Shown: positions 13,956 to 30,880 of the stretch, in pieces
Numbering within the stretch: position 1 is the stretch's first letter
Layout: every line of letters starts with the position of its first letter
Assembly (NCBI RefSeq): GCF_009914755.1
Contig: NC_060932.1
Reading direction: 5' to 3' (one strand)
DNA from: the human T2T-CHM13v2.0 reference genome, Homo sapiens
Length of the DNA: 64,000 nucleotides
Notes under the pieces: generated by a model
Database searches by the model: none
The model's input: only the letters and a program-made list of their open reading frames with translations
Told to the model about the DNA's origin: nothing
Position numbers and translations under genes: made by a program

Positions 13956-14778
13956 TCACTACTGAACTTCCTAACTTTAAGGAATTGGATAATGAACACC
14001 TGAGTAATGATAAATAGACATATGCTTATTGCATATTGACCCCATATATACATGAAAGAGGTAAATGTGCACTGTAAAGTATATACTAGTTAACACAGAT
14101 TATTGTACCTTGTACTTAAGTGTGGCGTTTCAGACAATGTTACTATTTCCTGTACCTGAAGAAGTGGGCACGTTAACTGAGTTTTAATCAGTGTGTCTTC
14201 AGAAAGGAAGTGACTACTAGTTTTTCTATATAGTAATCATAATAATCTCTAACACTTATTGAGCTAGGGCTCTGCTCCAAGCCCATTACCATATTTACAG
14301 CAGCTCTCTGACCAATATGAATAATGCTATCTCCAGGTTGTAAATAAGTTCACGTGGATGCTCTATGTTGCTAATGCCTCTTGAAATAACTGGAAGCGTT
14401 CTGCAACTGGTCTTCACCTGTAGAAAGCCTCCCTCCTTAGTCCAGCCTGAAAAAGCATTTCCCTGGCCCTGGACAAGAAGATAGCTCTGTATATATAGCT
14501 TTCTGACCTGAGCATTCATCTCAGAACCCTGAGCTGCGTTGGGCTCCTCCGGCAGCAGCTCAGACCCCTCCCAGCACAGCCCCTTAGCCCCGCTCCTACA
14601 CCCCAGTGCTCGGATGCCCACCACCTCCCTAGGCACCTTGTTTTCTTTTTCTTTTTCTTTTTAAACAAGTATAATTGTTTAAAAGTTTTTCCTTGTGCCA
14701 AGATTTTTTCCACCCACCCCACCAATCCCAGTTCTGCTATTGGGGAATTACTACCCCAAACAAATAGAATTCCTTTTC

Positions 14779-15158
<380 letters not shown>

Positions 15159-15666
15159 TGAATCACTTGTTCAGCAGGCTGTAAACCTAGAACCAGAGAT
15201 TTTACTGGAATTGAGCAGTCAATTAGTGAAATAAATTAGGACCCATTGAATAAAGGTTAAACACAGGCCAATACATTACTTGTAAAATGTTTGCGTCATC
15301 CTCCAAAACAAAGGGTGGGTTTTTCCCCCAGACACCATGTAGAAGGTGCCTAAAGCTATTAAGGAGAAAGTGATAAAGGGTCACGAGGTTAATAACCCAC
15401 TTCCCAGGCCTGGCTGCCTACAGTTTGAGATTCCCCTGGGGAAGTGCCTCTGCATCAGTTTGTTTTGACAGCTGACCTCTTTCTGAAGCAGAGGTTCTCT
15501 CAGAGATGGCCCTGGAGTCTCAGTGGCCACCATCTGGCTGACTCCTCCCTTTCAGAAGGATGACAAGCTTGGTGCAGGAGAAGAAGCAGCCTTGCAGTTC
15601 TATTTCGCTGGGCTCAGATGAGGAAGGCAGGTGGACTGTGTACAGAAGCAAGGAGGCCATTTTTAG

Positions 15667-15972
<306 letters not shown>

Positions 15973-17039
15973 TGCTTTCTCCTTTCCTGTGCTGAAGAAT
16001 GTTTCTGGGTTTGGGAGTTCAGGGGCTTTTCTTTGTTCAGTTGTCTCCTCATCATTTACCTGGGGAGAGAATTGGCCTAAAGGAGCAACGTGAAGGATAG
16101 CACTCTCCTGTCCTTGTGAGGGGACTCGAGACCTGCTGAGGGCTCCTCTGTGGCCTACAGTATCAGTCCTCCCCACAGGCACATGCCTGTCCATCTGATG
16201 GCCCAGCTGGCACCCCAGCTAGGGGTAAGGGCAGGAACAGTGAGGGTGCTGGAAGAGGATTCGGGAAAGATCTAGAGAAGAGAAGAGAGGGCAGGAGTCA
16301 TGGCTGTCTTTGAGAGAAAATAGCACTAAGATTGGCACTAAACCCTAAAATCAGGGTTTCAACCCAACTGTTGGGTCCCTGATGGAAGCTTCCTCTCTGG
16401 GCTTTACCACTCCCCCAAAGTCTTCTGAGCATGTGTAAAGCTTCTACCGTAGCCATCCAATCCTTTGATGCCAGGTCTGACTTTGGTAGAGTCCAGAAAA
16501 GGAAATTGAGAAGCTGGGTGTGTTGCTAGAAAGATGAGTGTGATAAGGACCAAACACGACTGCACTGGGCGCTGGCTACATCTCTGTGAAGTTATCTCCC
16601 TTGGCCTTACCACAAGCTGCCTATGTGCCCTCCTCCACAGAGGAAGGAACAGAGATGCAGAGAGAGAAGTCTAAAAACAAGTCACATTGTTGGTGGGTGG
16701 ACAGGAGCCCAGGCAGGCTGCTCATTGCTTCCCCGTCCTGGTGTGGTATGTGCCTGGGGACCACGGCCACTCTGCCAGGCTGGGCCCACCAAGTGCTCTC
16801 TAAAACCTGGAGTCCTTACTCCTGGTTACAGTAACAGTTCCCAAGCCAGGGTGATCATGAGCTGCTCATTAGGAAATCCAAATACAGATTCCTGAGTCGC
16901 TTCCCTGACTTCATACCTCTAGTGTAGGGCCTGGGAGTCAGTATTTTCCAAGCCCTCCTCAAGTGGTTTTGATAATCAACCAAGTGCAGGAACCACTGGG
17001 TTAGATCATTAGTGGGGCCTTTGTAATTAACCTCACCTA

Positions 17040-17339
<300 letters not shown>

Positions 17340-17676
17340 CTAATTCCAGGCACCTGCTTTCCTGTACTTAGACTCAATTATAAGGCTGCAAAACACACTA
17401 GTGTATATCTCTGGAACTTTAAGACTGGCTCTGGCCATTTAGTCACTTGACCAATGTACATGAAATACCCATCTTGTACCTGTGCTGTTTCAGGAATGGG
17501 GATATACCAGAAGAGGCAGGGCTACTGCTCTCATGGAGCATGTAGTCTAGCAGAGATATACAAAACCCCTTCGCTTCCACTCCAGCACCTTCCTTTCCAC
17601 CACCTTCACCACCTTGCATCTTTTTTTTTCCTGGTCTTCAGACCTTATGAGTTCATAAACATTTTTATTAAAAAAA

Positions 17677-17831
17677 TTTTTTTTGAGACAGGATTTCACT
17701 CTGTTGCCCAGGCTAGAGTGCAGTTGTGCAATCATAGCTCACTGCAGCCTTGACTTCCTGGGCTCAAGTGATCCTCCTGCCTTAGCCTCCCAAAGTATTG
17801 GGATTACAGGCCTGAGCTACTGCACCTGGCC
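17677..17831 (-). mobile_element. Alu monomer (FRAM-like)
   Basis: Single right-arm-type monomer with poly-T. Confidence 0.8.
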
Positions 17832-18027
17832 TATAAACTTCTTTCAAAGTGGAGTCTGAGTCCAATTCATTTCTAGACTGTCATTTTCTCCCGGACTCAC
17901 CCCTACACCCAGTTACCTATACCTAGTATAATAGTTTGCACTCAGTAAATGTTTGTTAAATAAATGCATTTATTCATTCATCAAATATTTAGAGTGCCTA
18001 CGATGTGCCAGACATAATTGTTGGTAC

Positions 18028-18158
18028 CAGGACAATGATGAGATTGAAGCAAGAAAGGTACTTAGGGTGCACAATTTAAGGAGACACTTAATCTAGGATC
18101 ATGCAAGTGCACCTGAGCCTGAGGACCTCCTTAAATGTTGTGCCCTAGGTGCCCTGGC
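18028..18158. mobile_element. MER91-like hAT-Tip100 MITE
   Basis: Internal inverted repeat TAGGGTGCACAATTTAAGGAG ... CTCCTTAAATGTTGTGCCCTA. Confidence 0.65.
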
Positions 18159-18289
18159 TCTTTGCAGGGATATGCATATTGCCTGTCCTAAGTCTTTTTC
18201 ATTTGTGTGTGATCTGCCTTTTCAACCAGATTGTGAGGCCTTATTCTGGTCTGTCTCTTTCTCCTCTTCCTGCACCACCTCCTGCCTCA

Positions 18290-18697
<408 letters not shown>

Positions 18698-19088
18698 TAA
18701 AATTCAGTTTTCCAAGTCCCACCTATTGAGTCAGGTTCTTTGAAGGTGACACTGAGGAATATGCATCACTGACAAGCTCCCTGAGTGGCTGAGGCACAAT
18801 TGAGGACCCCTGGCTCACTGGTTTGTTCAGTCAGTAGGATTAATGCTGAACAATACTAGAAGAAGAACACAGGGAGAAGACAGGGGAACAGGGGCATTTA
18901 ATATGCATCAGTGCCTTTGGATTCTGTTTACAGAGATAGAAAAGGAAGGCAAGGGAAGAAGGCAGTCTAGAGGTGTACATGCTGGCCTGGACTCTGCCCC
19001 ATATGCTCTGCAGGAAGATCTAGATCAGCTCACCCTTGCACTTTAGCTGGGCCACTCTGGGCCCTGCCCCATCTTCCTCTGACTCTTC

Positions 19089-19472
<384 letters not shown>

Positions 19473-20230
19473 TGACACTGTCAGCTGCTTTGGCAGCTGT
19501 GTCAGAAGTTTCTCTGGTGCAGGGTAGGGGCAGGTGGGTTTATGGCTGGCTGGGGCGTGGGTATGAGTGTGGCAGGGCAAACAAGGCACTTGGGGAGGTC
19601 TGTAAGTTCACCTCCACCTCCAACTTCTAAGGCTGGTAGCTATCATTTTTACATGCTTCACATGGTACGCTGCATCAATGCCCACACACTTTGGGGTGAC
19701 AGATACATATTGTTTAATGGTAATTATCTGGATGAGAGAAATCACTTGTGTGAGTTACCAGTAAACCCAGTTTGCAGGGTGGAGCACACCTTTGGCTTTC
19801 CCAATCCATTAGCCCCTTGGCGGTATCACCATGAGATTCCTCTTGCTATCCAACCACACCCAGCTCCCTCATAGAAGAGTTCAGGTGTGAGTCTCGAATC
19901 TGCATTTTAGCTTGTTCTTAAAAGTATTCAGGCAGGGAGATGGAGGACATAAAGTCCAGCTCAGGAGGCAATTTGGGACACTGTTGGCATCTGGGTAACC
20001 ATCCAAGTGTCCCTAAATGGCAAATTATTGATATAGGGCTTCCAATAGCAGGTCATTCAACTTGAATTAATTAATAACCTATTATTTGCTTGTAAGGTTG
20101 AGGACAGTGGTTTTCAAGCTTTTGTGTGTATCAGTATCACCTACTAAGCTTGTTAAAACAGGTGCCCCACCCCGGACTCTTAAGAGATGAGGCCTGGAAA
20201 TTTATCCTTTCAACAAAACTCCCCAAGCAC

Positions 20231-20232
<2 letters not shown>

Positions 20233-20268
<36 letters not shown>
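20233..20268. repeat. (CA)n microsatellite
   Basis: Visible run. Confidence 0.95.
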
Positions 20269-20273
<5 letters not shown>

Positions 20274-20327
20274 CACGAGTTTACCTCTGGTTCTTTGAAC
20301 TAGGAAGTTCTGCAGTGTTTTTTTTTT

Positions 20328-20644
20328 TCTTTCTTTCTTTCTTTCTTTTTTTTTTTTTCTTGAGACAAGATCTGACTCTGTTACCCAGGCTGGGGTACAG
20401 TGGCGTGATGTCAACTCTCTGCAACTTCTGTCTCCCAGGCTCCAGCCATCCTCCTACTTCGGCCTCCAGAGTAGGTGATGCTACAGGCACATGCCACCAC
20501 ACCCAGCTAATTTTTGTATTTTTTTGTAGAGACGGGGTTTTGCCATGTTGCCCAGGCTGGTTTCAAACTTATGAGCCCAAACAATCCGCCGGCCTCAGCC
20601 TCCCAAAGAGCTGGGATTACAGGCATGAGCCGTCGCACCCAGCC
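20328..20644 (-). mobile_element. AluJ-type
   Basis: Reverse Alu with J-type diagnostics. Confidence 0.9.
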
Positions 20645-20705
20645 AAGTATTTGTTTCTTAATTAAGGCAGAGTATTCTCTCTCTACCTTCAGCCTTTTCT
20701 TCAAA

Positions 20706-21232
20706 TGTGATGGTTTGTGCTCTGTTCACTTGGCTAAGATGGAACTATCTTTTCGAGATCCCTTTCCCTGTACAGTTCTGAGTTAAATTTGGCCAGAAGA
20801 AGAACTTGTACCAGGTTTGGAAAATGTGAAGCAGTGGCCATCACTCTCAGAAAGTCATCAGGGTTAGATGTGGTGACAGACACAGAGAGGCCAGCGGGTT
20901 CCAGCTTGTCCTTGCTGTCCTGCACTCCACATCCAGTCCTCTTCCTGACTGCTGACTCCAGGACCGACAGCAGCCCCAGCCCCTCCCTCAGATGGCATTT
21001 CCACGGAGGAGGGACCACAGGCTTCTCTTTTCAGCCCCTCCACAGCAGCAGGATGTGCTTAGCTTGTCCAAGGGACTGCTTGGCGGCTCCTTCTCTGATC
21101 CTCCCATTCCTCCGGGGCCTTCACCTCTCCAGTTCCTCCCAAAGTTGTGTAATGTCCAATTCCTATAATAAGTGTGTCCTTTATCCCATAACTCCAAGGG
21201 GTTCCCTTCCCTGACTTAACCCTGACTGTTCA
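20706..21232 (+). mobile_element. ERVL-class solo LTR (LTR52/LTR33-like)
   Basis: TGTGATGGTTTG...CACTTGGCTAAG start; CCCTGACTTAACCCTGACTG end. Confidence 0.55.
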
Positions 21233-22580
21233 GTTAAGAAGTACTTCCCATGTCTAAAATAAATCAAGACCTCGGAATTAGGACTTCCATTTAGATCCAA
21301 AGGGATGTCCATGGGATGTAAAGATGTGTAAACACCGTGAAGACAGCTAAAAGCTCACCCATCAGTCTTACCTTCCATGATTATAGGGTAATTGAAATAT
21401 TTGATTTCCCCAAGTTCTCTACTGGCAAATACAGTACCTTCAGCCAAAGCAGTAAAAGTCACCCTTTCCTTTTCCTCCTGACTTTCCTTTTAAGCGAGTG
21501 TTCTTGTTCAGACCACAGTGTGCATATGTGGTATGTATGTGGTAGCCTGTCACTTACTGCAAAGAAGCCCTGAGTCCAGCCTGTAACTGAATCCATTCCT
21601 AGAATCATTAAGCATAGACAGGTCACAGAATGGCCCCACCAAAATGCTTCATGAAAGGATAGGCATTCTTTGGCTTGTTGTACAATTTTTTCTCTGCCCC
21701 AATGCCATGGGCAGCCGTTCTTTTCTGACCACCCATGTGAATAAGCTCTGGTAGGATCCTGGATTGTCCCTACCATAGCCTTCATGATACTGTGCTGCTA
21801 TTATTCACTGGATGTCTGTGTCATGCACTAGATGGCAAGTACTCTTAGGACAGTGTCTCTCATCCAGTCACTTGGCTTCCCGGTGTCCAGCACAGCACCT
21901 GCACAGAGAAGCATGCAGTAAACATTTGTGGAATGAATGATGAGCCATGTGGAGGTCACGTCTGATTTGAGGCTGAGACTTTCCTATCAGGCTTTATCCT
22001 CATTTGAAGGGGCCTGGAACCAGGGACCAGATCTGTGCCCCCTTTAGAGTGTGAGGCCCACATACCAGGAGATGGAGCTATAGAAGGGCCAGCTACTGGC
22101 CACCAGAGACCTGACTGGTGTGAGGCCTCCTGTGGTGCCTGGCCAATCTTGGCTGATCACAGCCTACGTCAGGGTTGATAATCATGTGGCACAAGAGCCC
22201 CCCGCTCCATTCTCCAGAGCCCACGCTTCCTAATCTATTATGGCCCTTGAGCCTTCTCAAAACAACACCTAAGCAGCTGCTACCAGTGATCAGAGTGGCA
22301 GCTATAAATGGAAGCCGTTCTTCACCCTTGGACAGCCTCTGAGATCTGTCTCACTGTCATCCCCGCCATCCGAGGCATCACTATTTTTGTTTATGGGGAG
22401 GCATGAATACCAAGCCAAAATATCAACAAGTGAAGTAGAAATTGAGTTGTAAATAAATGATACCAAGTTTATCCAACTCAAGCAACCAATAAACCAACTA
22501 CTTGACTGGGAGAAAAACATTTTTCTCCCAGTCAAATGGAAAAGGCAAAAAGATGGCTTTGTTTGTATGCTGTGATGCCA

Positions 22581-22882
22581 CTTTTATTTATTTATTTATT
22601 TGTTTTTAGAGACAGGCTCTTGCTCTGTTGCCCAAGGTAGAGTGCATTGGCACAATCATAATTCACTGTAGCCTTGAACTCTTGGGCTCAAGTGATCCTC
22701 CGCTTCAGCCTCCTGCGTAGCTAGGACTATAGGATGTGCACCTAATTTCTTTTTTTTTTTTTTTGTAGAGATGGGGTCTTGCTATATTGCCCAGGCTGGT
22801 CTCAAACTCCTGGTCTGAAGCGATCCTCCTGGCCCTGCCTCCCAAAGCACTGGGATTACAGGCACAAGGCAATGCACCCAGT
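22581..22882 (-). mobile_element. AluJ-type
   Basis: Reverse Alu; ATGCCACTTT on both flanks. Confidence 0.9.
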
Positions 22883-24145
22883 CAATGCCACTTTAAAATG
22901 GGAGTTTGGTGTGTACCCAAATGTCTGGGGACAAGACTGCCCCCAGTGGGGACTCCTTTACTGCAGAGAAACCTCCTCTCCCCACTCCACAGCCCACATG
23001 CAGGTCTGGTAGGAGTCTCCAAATCCCACCCGTCTCCCTGCGCTGCAGTTGCCCTTCTTTACCTGCAGAGTTTGGCATCCGGTAGCAATGACTTGAACCC
23101 ATGGAGTGTCAGGTGAGGAGAGGAGAGGCCAGCGCTGTGGTACAATGGAAGGAAGGGACAGGAGGCAACCACTTGGCTTCTCGCCCCAGTTCTGCCACTT
23201 ACAAACCATGTCACCTGTGACAAGTCAACATTTGGGAGCCTCCACTTCCTCACCTGTTAAAGGAAGTTGAGGGAGTGGTTATTAGTTGCCTGTATGTATG
23301 TATCTCGTTGGGATATTGATAATATCATATAACACTGAAAAGGCTAATGTGAAAGTGCTCTAAGTAAGAAAGGGGAAAGTTTTTGTTTTGTTTGCTACTT
23401 TATAGCACACAGCCTGGCCCACAGTATAGTGGGGTGTTCAGTAAAAGGTTTGTTGAATGAACAAATGTGAACACAAAAATCTTGCTCCCCTGGGAGTGGA
23501 GAGGGAAGTGAGGTCAGGAAGGTGCACACAGGGGACCTCACAGGTAGAGGAGATATTGTATGTGTGAGGCTGACGGGGGTTACATGCTACATGCTTTCTA
23601 GTTCCTCTCTGTGTTTGTATGTTGATGTTTTTTGTATGTATTCAACATCTAATGAAAGCATTTTTTAAAAATTAATGAACAAACAAACAAACAAGTAGAC
23701 AGAACAAACCCGTGAAGTACCTTCCCAAAGGAAGCTATTATTAGTGCTAGTACAGCTTTTGCTCTGCCATTAAAACAGTTCTAAGTGATTTCACTTAATT
23801 CACAAAGGTTCTGTGTCCGGGCCAAGCGTTGCTGAAAGGTGGAAGAATTCATGGAAAGAAGGTTATACCAGAAACCAAGATCTGCTTTTTAAAAGGGAAC
23901 ATGTACGCTCATGTTTTGGCTTGAATTCACTGCCTTTCACCTATGTGTGGTCCCTCCTGTGCCGAGTCAGCATGGAGTTCAGGTAAGCCATGGTTCTTTG
24001 CTTGTGCAGTGGCCTCTGCCTCGCTTCTCCTTGCTAAGTCTTACTCATCCTTCAAGACCTACCCCAGGTGTCATCCTTTCCAGGAAGTGTCTCTGAACCA
24101 CCTCACGGGATTAAAAAGCATCATGCCACCTTAGCACATCTACGG

Positions 24146-24375
24146 CAGTGGGTCTCAATTGGGGGTGGGTGACTTTGTTTCACTGAGGACATTTGGCAAT
24201 GTCTGGAGACAATTTTGATTGTCATGACTGGGGGTGGGGATGGAAAGTGTACCACTGGCATCTAGTGGGTGGAGGCCAGGGATGCCGCTAAACATCCTGC
24301 AGAGCACAGCACAGCCACCCCCACAACAAACTGTCTGATCCAAAATGTCCTTAGTGCTACTGTTGAGAAGCCCTG
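24146..24375 (+). mobile_element. MER20 (hAT-Charlie)
   Basis: GGACATTTGGCAATGTCTGGAGACA, GGCATCTAGTGGGTGGAGGCCAGGGATGC, GAGAAGCCCTG. Confidence 0.9.
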
Positions 24376-24486
24376 CTTAATGGTATGAAATTATCTCTTT
24401 GTATCTCAGTAAGGACCCATATCAACCTGGGAAGACCCAAGGTTGATTCAGCCTTTTGTCCCCAGCACCCAGTATACTGCTTGTAA

Positions 24487-24487
<1 letters not shown>

Positions 24488-24530
<43 letters not shown>
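24488..24530. repeat. (CA)n microsatellite
   Basis: Visible run. Confidence 0.95.
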
Positions 24531-24531
<1 letters not shown>

Positions 24532-24576
24532 GTATAAATATGTATATATAAACGATGTGTATCTATATTGGGTAGG

Positions 24577-24877
24577 TTTTTTTTTTTTTTTTGAGACAGA
24601 ATCTTACTCTATCACCCAGGCTGGTGTGCAATGTTGTGATCACAGCTCACCACAACCTCCACCTCCCAGGCTCATATGATCCTTCTGTCTTCAGCCTCCT
24701 GAGTAGCTGGGACTACACAGGCATGCACCACCACACCTGGCTAATTTCTGTATTTTTTGTAGAGACAGGTTTTTGTCATGTTACCCAGGCTGGTCTCAAA
24801 CTCCTGGACTCAAGCAATCTGCCTGCCTCAGCTTCTGAAAATGCTGGGATTACAGGCTTCAGCCACCGCACCTGGCC
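24577..24877 (-). mobile_element. AluJ-type (first of tandem pair)
   Basis: Reverse Alu with poly-T. Confidence 0.92.
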
Positions 24878-25182
24878 TTTTTTTTTTTTTTTTTTTGAGA
24901 CAAGGTCTCGCTCTGTCACCCAAGCTGGAGTGCAGTGGCATGATCACGGGGCTCACTGCAGCCTTGACATCCCTGGTTCAAGCAATCTTCTCACCTCAGC
25001 CTTTCTGAGTAGCTGGGTCTTCAGGCAAGCGCAACTGTGCCCGGCCAATTTTTAAAATTTTTTGTAGAGATTGGGTCTTACCATGTTGCGTAAGCTGGTC
25101 TGGAACTCCTGGCCTCAAGTGATCCACCCACCTGGGCCTCCCAATATGCTGAGATTACCGACATGAGCCACCGTGCCAGCCT
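24878..25182 (-). mobile_element. AluJ-type (second of tandem pair)
   Basis: Reverse Alu directly abutting the previous one. Confidence 0.92.
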
Positions 25183-25382
25183 GTGTTGTTTTTTTCATTC
25201 ATTCATTCCTCTATTCCCTGTAAAGTGTAGTACTTAACTGGACACGCACAAAACTAAGGTTCCTGCTCTCAGGAAGCTTGGCAATCAAATGGAGGAAAAG
25301 TTCTTGTCAACACCCAATTATTCACAAGACAGGTTGAAACAGGGCCCTAACAGGATAGGCAGAGTGCTCTGGGAGACCTGAT

Positions 25383-25462
25383 TATTAGGTTGAACCAAAG
25401 TAAGTTGCTGACATGCTACCTTTTTAACTGGAAAAACAGCAATTTTGTATGGTTCACCCCAA
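25383..25462. mobile_element. MADE2-like mariner MITE
   Basis: TATTAGGTTGAACCA ... ATGGTTCACC terminal inverted repeats, about 80 bp. Confidence 0.65.
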
Positions 25463-26627
25463 AATGTGGTTTAACCTACATGCTTTGGACTGGCTTGAGG
25501 GCGACGATCAGACTTCACAGAGGAGACACAAGAAATGTTTCCAGTCTTGCCTTCCCCACTGCATGGTCCTTCCCTAAATGCAAAGACCATGTATTTTCTT
25601 CCCTGACATCACACTTCTTGGGAGAGTGTCTTGCATTTATAAGGCCTTAGTAAATTTTTCTTGACTAGGGTTCAGGTAACTATCGGTATTGCAAGTTGGT
25701 TTTTATTATTGTGAGTGCACTTTTACCCCCAGAAACTCTGAAGAACAGTGTTATACAGGCACAAAATTTGTAGTGTTTTCCTAGTAGCAACGGGTACAAG
25801 AAAACACAGTCCCCTAATACCACCCAAAGCCACAGCCTGTCAGGGGAGCCATCATGGAAAGTGTCAGGAGCTAAAGGTCCAGGGCATAGCTGGTGGCCAT
25901 CTGGGAGGTCAGCTGCCCCTGGCGGTGTCAGGCAGCCCCATGCACACCTGGCCATGAGCCTTGGCCACTTACTCACCTCGTGTTCTGCAGCAGGTGGTGG
26001 AAGACAAACAGCTCAGAGCTGGACTCAGAACTTGGCAGAGTCCTGCTTTCAACTACATGCAGCCAGAAAACTCTGGAAAACTGAACTGTTTATTGGGGTC
26101 AAACTTTGGTAAGTCCGATAAAGTCTGGCTCCAGGTGTCAATCTAGTCTCTTGAAAGAATTGCCCAGAAGCTCACTGCTGACTGGCTGGATGTTACCAGT
26201 GGCATACAGCCTCTGCTTGTGGGTGGAATCCGGCAGCTCGGACACCGCCCCACGGTTCCTGATGCAAGCCTGGGCAGGAGCTAGAGCTAGGGGCTTGCAG
26301 CCAAGGAGGAGATAAGTCCAGGGGAGCCCTGCAGGCTATCAAACCATCTGCCAGCTGGACTCGCTCCAGGCCACTGGTGACCCTTGCCATGACACCGGAC
26401 ACCAGTAGCAAGAAAGCCTGCAATCCAGTATGCTTCTCTTTTCCTTTCTACAGGACTCCTAGAGTGGAGCTAGCTCCCGTCCTTCCAAATGCAGCAATGA
26501 CATTAAGGACATTCGTTCACATGGTTCACAGTTGGTGTTGGGAAGTTGTCCTACCTGGACATTGCTGTCAGAGCCATGGACTAAAATACTCAATTCTGGC
26601 CTAAATAAAGCAAGCTCTCGGTGTTAA

Positions 26628-26934
<307 letters not shown>

Positions 26935-27888
26935 TTTTTGAGGATTGTTATAAGTAAAAGAAAATTCAGACCACGAACATAGCATTCCTTTAGGTGTTTT
27001 GCATAGATATAGTTTTTTGCTTTACTGTGGGTCCACTGGGAAAAGGTTTGTGGAAATCTGAGCAGCTGATGTTTGTGTGCTCAGATTCTTTGGGACCTAT
27101 CTATAAGACTTGGCGAGGCAATACGGCTTCCACCATTTCCCCAGGGAAAAAGTTACTCAAGGTTACTGAACTCATGAAACCATGTGGATTTCCAGCATGT
27201 GTTATTATAATCTCACTAACCTTCCGATTTTAAAACGCTGTAACTCTGTAATTTTTTTCTGTGGTCAGCCCTTCCCAAAGGTATCCACCTTCCAGTTTGT
27301 CCTGTGGAGCACGCTCTTGGCAGAGTTTGGCATTGTTTGTTATCAGGGGGTTTGATTTATGTAAAATTGCATTAAATCACTAATAAGGAAGACTTTGTTT
27401 AATTTGTATTTTTGGAGGGAAAGAAATATTTTATGGTATAACCATCATAAATCTTACCAGCTCATAAGTGGAGCTTCATTTCCAGATACTGTATGTTAAA
27501 GCCACCAATGTTTCAAGAGATTCTAGAGACTATGATGTTTGTTGAATGACTGAGTTTTCCAGCATCATTTCTAGCCTTCATCATATGTTACTACTATCAT
27601 AACAATAATTATATAAGTTATAAAGAGTCTAAACCCATAGTTTGATAAGTGAAATTAAATATCCTTCTTTTTTTGTAAGGTTTTCCAGGCTGAGCAATGT
27701 CTCCCTCCCAGGTAAAGAAACAACACAAAATTAAGGCAATTACTTTATTTTGAACAGGAAGTGGCATAAGCAATTCAGAGTGTGCCCCTAACATAGGAGC
27801 TGTTTCCCCATACCCCTCCCCATCCCAGAGTATAATTTTGGGAGAAAGAGGTGTCTTCTTTCTGGTTGGTTATCTACTGTTGCACCTT

Positions 27889-28197
<309 letters not shown>

Positions 28198-28789
28198 TAA
28201 AGTAAGCACCACATCATCTCTAGAATGAGCATCTAACTGCTCATTGGGAGATGAAACTTCCATTCTGGTTTGAGATGAATGCATGGACTCACATAGGGCT
28301 ACTGAACCACTAGTCTTGACTGAGTTAGAGAGAATGAAGGTAACATGTTTATATTTCCAAGTTGCTTCCATTGTAAAACTCAGTTTTATAGCTCCTTTTG
28401 TTAGAAAATATTCTGGTAAAATAATCTTACAAAGGGAAGATAACCTAGCCTCAAGTCTATCATATAAAAGCAAAGAGACAATGATTGATTTTCTGCTCAG
28501 TTGTCATGTTTAGGACTTTTACAGGACACATGTTAATTCCCAGGGAACACTGCTATGCTGTTTGTGCCAGAAATTTCCTGTATTGTCCCCAGGCATCAAA
28601 AAGGTCACCTGGCCAGTTGTACACAGTCCACACTGGGTCTCCCACAAACAGCTGCATGGCCTTCATCTAGATCTTTTCCTCCAGCAGGAAGTGATAAATT
28701 CCTGTGGGGAGAGTTATGATGTCTCCTTACTCCAGAAAGATCCCCATCCATTTGTACTCTTTTATCTCTCACATCAAAGTACCTGCTGC

Positions 28790-28920
28790 AGGAGGGGTGG
28801 TGGCTCGGCTCACCTTGTAATCCCAGCTACCTGGGAGGCTAAGGTGATCCCTTGAGGCCAGGAGTTAGAGACCAGCCTGAGCAACATAGTGAGGCCTTAT
28901 CTCCAAAAAGAAAAAAAAAG
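28790..28920 (+). mobile_element. Alu monomer (FLAM-like) inserted in the ADI1 pseudogene coding relic
   Basis: Left-arm-type monomer with A tail, lying between the ...FCYI and GS.YFD codons. Confidence 0.8.
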
Positions 28921-29746
28921 GCAGGGGCGGTGTGGGGGAAGAAAGAGAAAACAAATGTAGCAGAACTCATCATCCAAGTGCAAATACCACTCATAAAACA
29001 TCTTAATCTTTTCTTCACAATTTGATAGTTTATCTTTGCACATTGTTGTTATGTCCATCCAGGAGTAGTTTCTCTCCTTTCTTATTCTAATTCTGAATCA
29101 TTCTGATACTGGTCAGCATCCAGCTTCTAGTAGAGCACCCGAGGCAACACAGCTGCTTTAGGCCCATGAGCAGAGGAATGTGGGCGGCTCAGGGGGCTCA
29201 TCCACGTATTAGGACTGACCATGGCCTCAGACGCCCTGGCAGAGCAGGCCCAGCAAGCAGAGGTTGCCTGGGACAGCGGCTGCTGGAGAGGTGAGGGGTC
29301 GTGGTGATCCAATCTGAAGGTCCGCAAGCTCTCTGAGAAACACTTAAAAAAAAAAATCTAATTCATCTATACTAGAGGCTACTGGGACTCCTATATGATC
29401 AAGCCCGTAGTTTGTTGCAATTAATATTTAAAGCTTTTTCTCCAAAGGTCACAGGGATCTTTGCAGCAGCTTCCTGGAGGAGGTTCATACCAACTCCCCA
29501 GAGTCAACATGTGCCTGTCTTCCCAAGTCTGTGCTCAGAGACCAGGTGTTGATAGTTTGAAATCAGCCCTGGTGGAGTATTTACACCAGGGAAATTGGCA
29601 AACGCCACAAATCAGGATTTTTTTTTTTTCCTGGAGATGCTGTTTTTTAAACATTTGCTGCCAGTCCACCAGACAATTGTCTCAAATATCATATAATAGT
29701 AGGTTATGTACCCTACATTATGATATGTTTTTAAAAACTAACTAGT

Positions 29747-30381
<635 letters not shown>

Positions 30382-30439
30382 TAACTAGTTTTTAAATAGA
30401 AAAAGCCATATATATACGTGTGTGTTGGATAGAGTACAG

Positions 30440-30880
30440 TAGAAACTTTTGTTTAAAAGAGACCTAAAAATATAGTGGTTTAAATAAAATAGAAGTTTCT
30501 TTTTCTCCCAGGTAAAGGTCCCAAGTTAGACTTCCCAGCATCATGAAGGCAACTCGATTTTCTTCAATATATTCCTTCAGTCTGTGGGTCTAAGGTGGCT
30601 GCTCTAGCTCCCACCATCATGTCTGTATCCCAGTGATCCAGAAGGGGAAAATGACAAGCGCAAACTTTATCCATTCCTTTTAAAGGCATGGCCCAGAGAT
30701 TACACATATCTTTTCTGCTCTCATTCTACTGTCTAGAACCTAGTTACGTGGCCTAGTACAAGGGAAGCTGGGAAGCATAATCTTTAGTCTGACTCCCCCA
30801 GGCCCAGCTAAAACCCAGGATTTCTATAGTTAAAGGAAAAAAGAGAGGGTGGATATTGGTGGTTAACTGGCAGTTGTGGT
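30440..30880 (-). mobile_element. Old MLT1-type LTR
   Basis: AGTGGTTTAAATAAAATAGAAGTTT, CTGCTCTCATTC...GAACCTAGTTACGTGGCC, CAAGGGAAGCTGGGAA. Confidence 0.65.

Noticed and set aside
25890-25930. CTCF-like motifs (GCCATCTGG; CTGCCCCTGGCGG), also at about 36461 and 42302
   Set aside because: Each deviates from the CCASYAGRKGGC core by an indel or a key mismatch; not supportable without ChIP data
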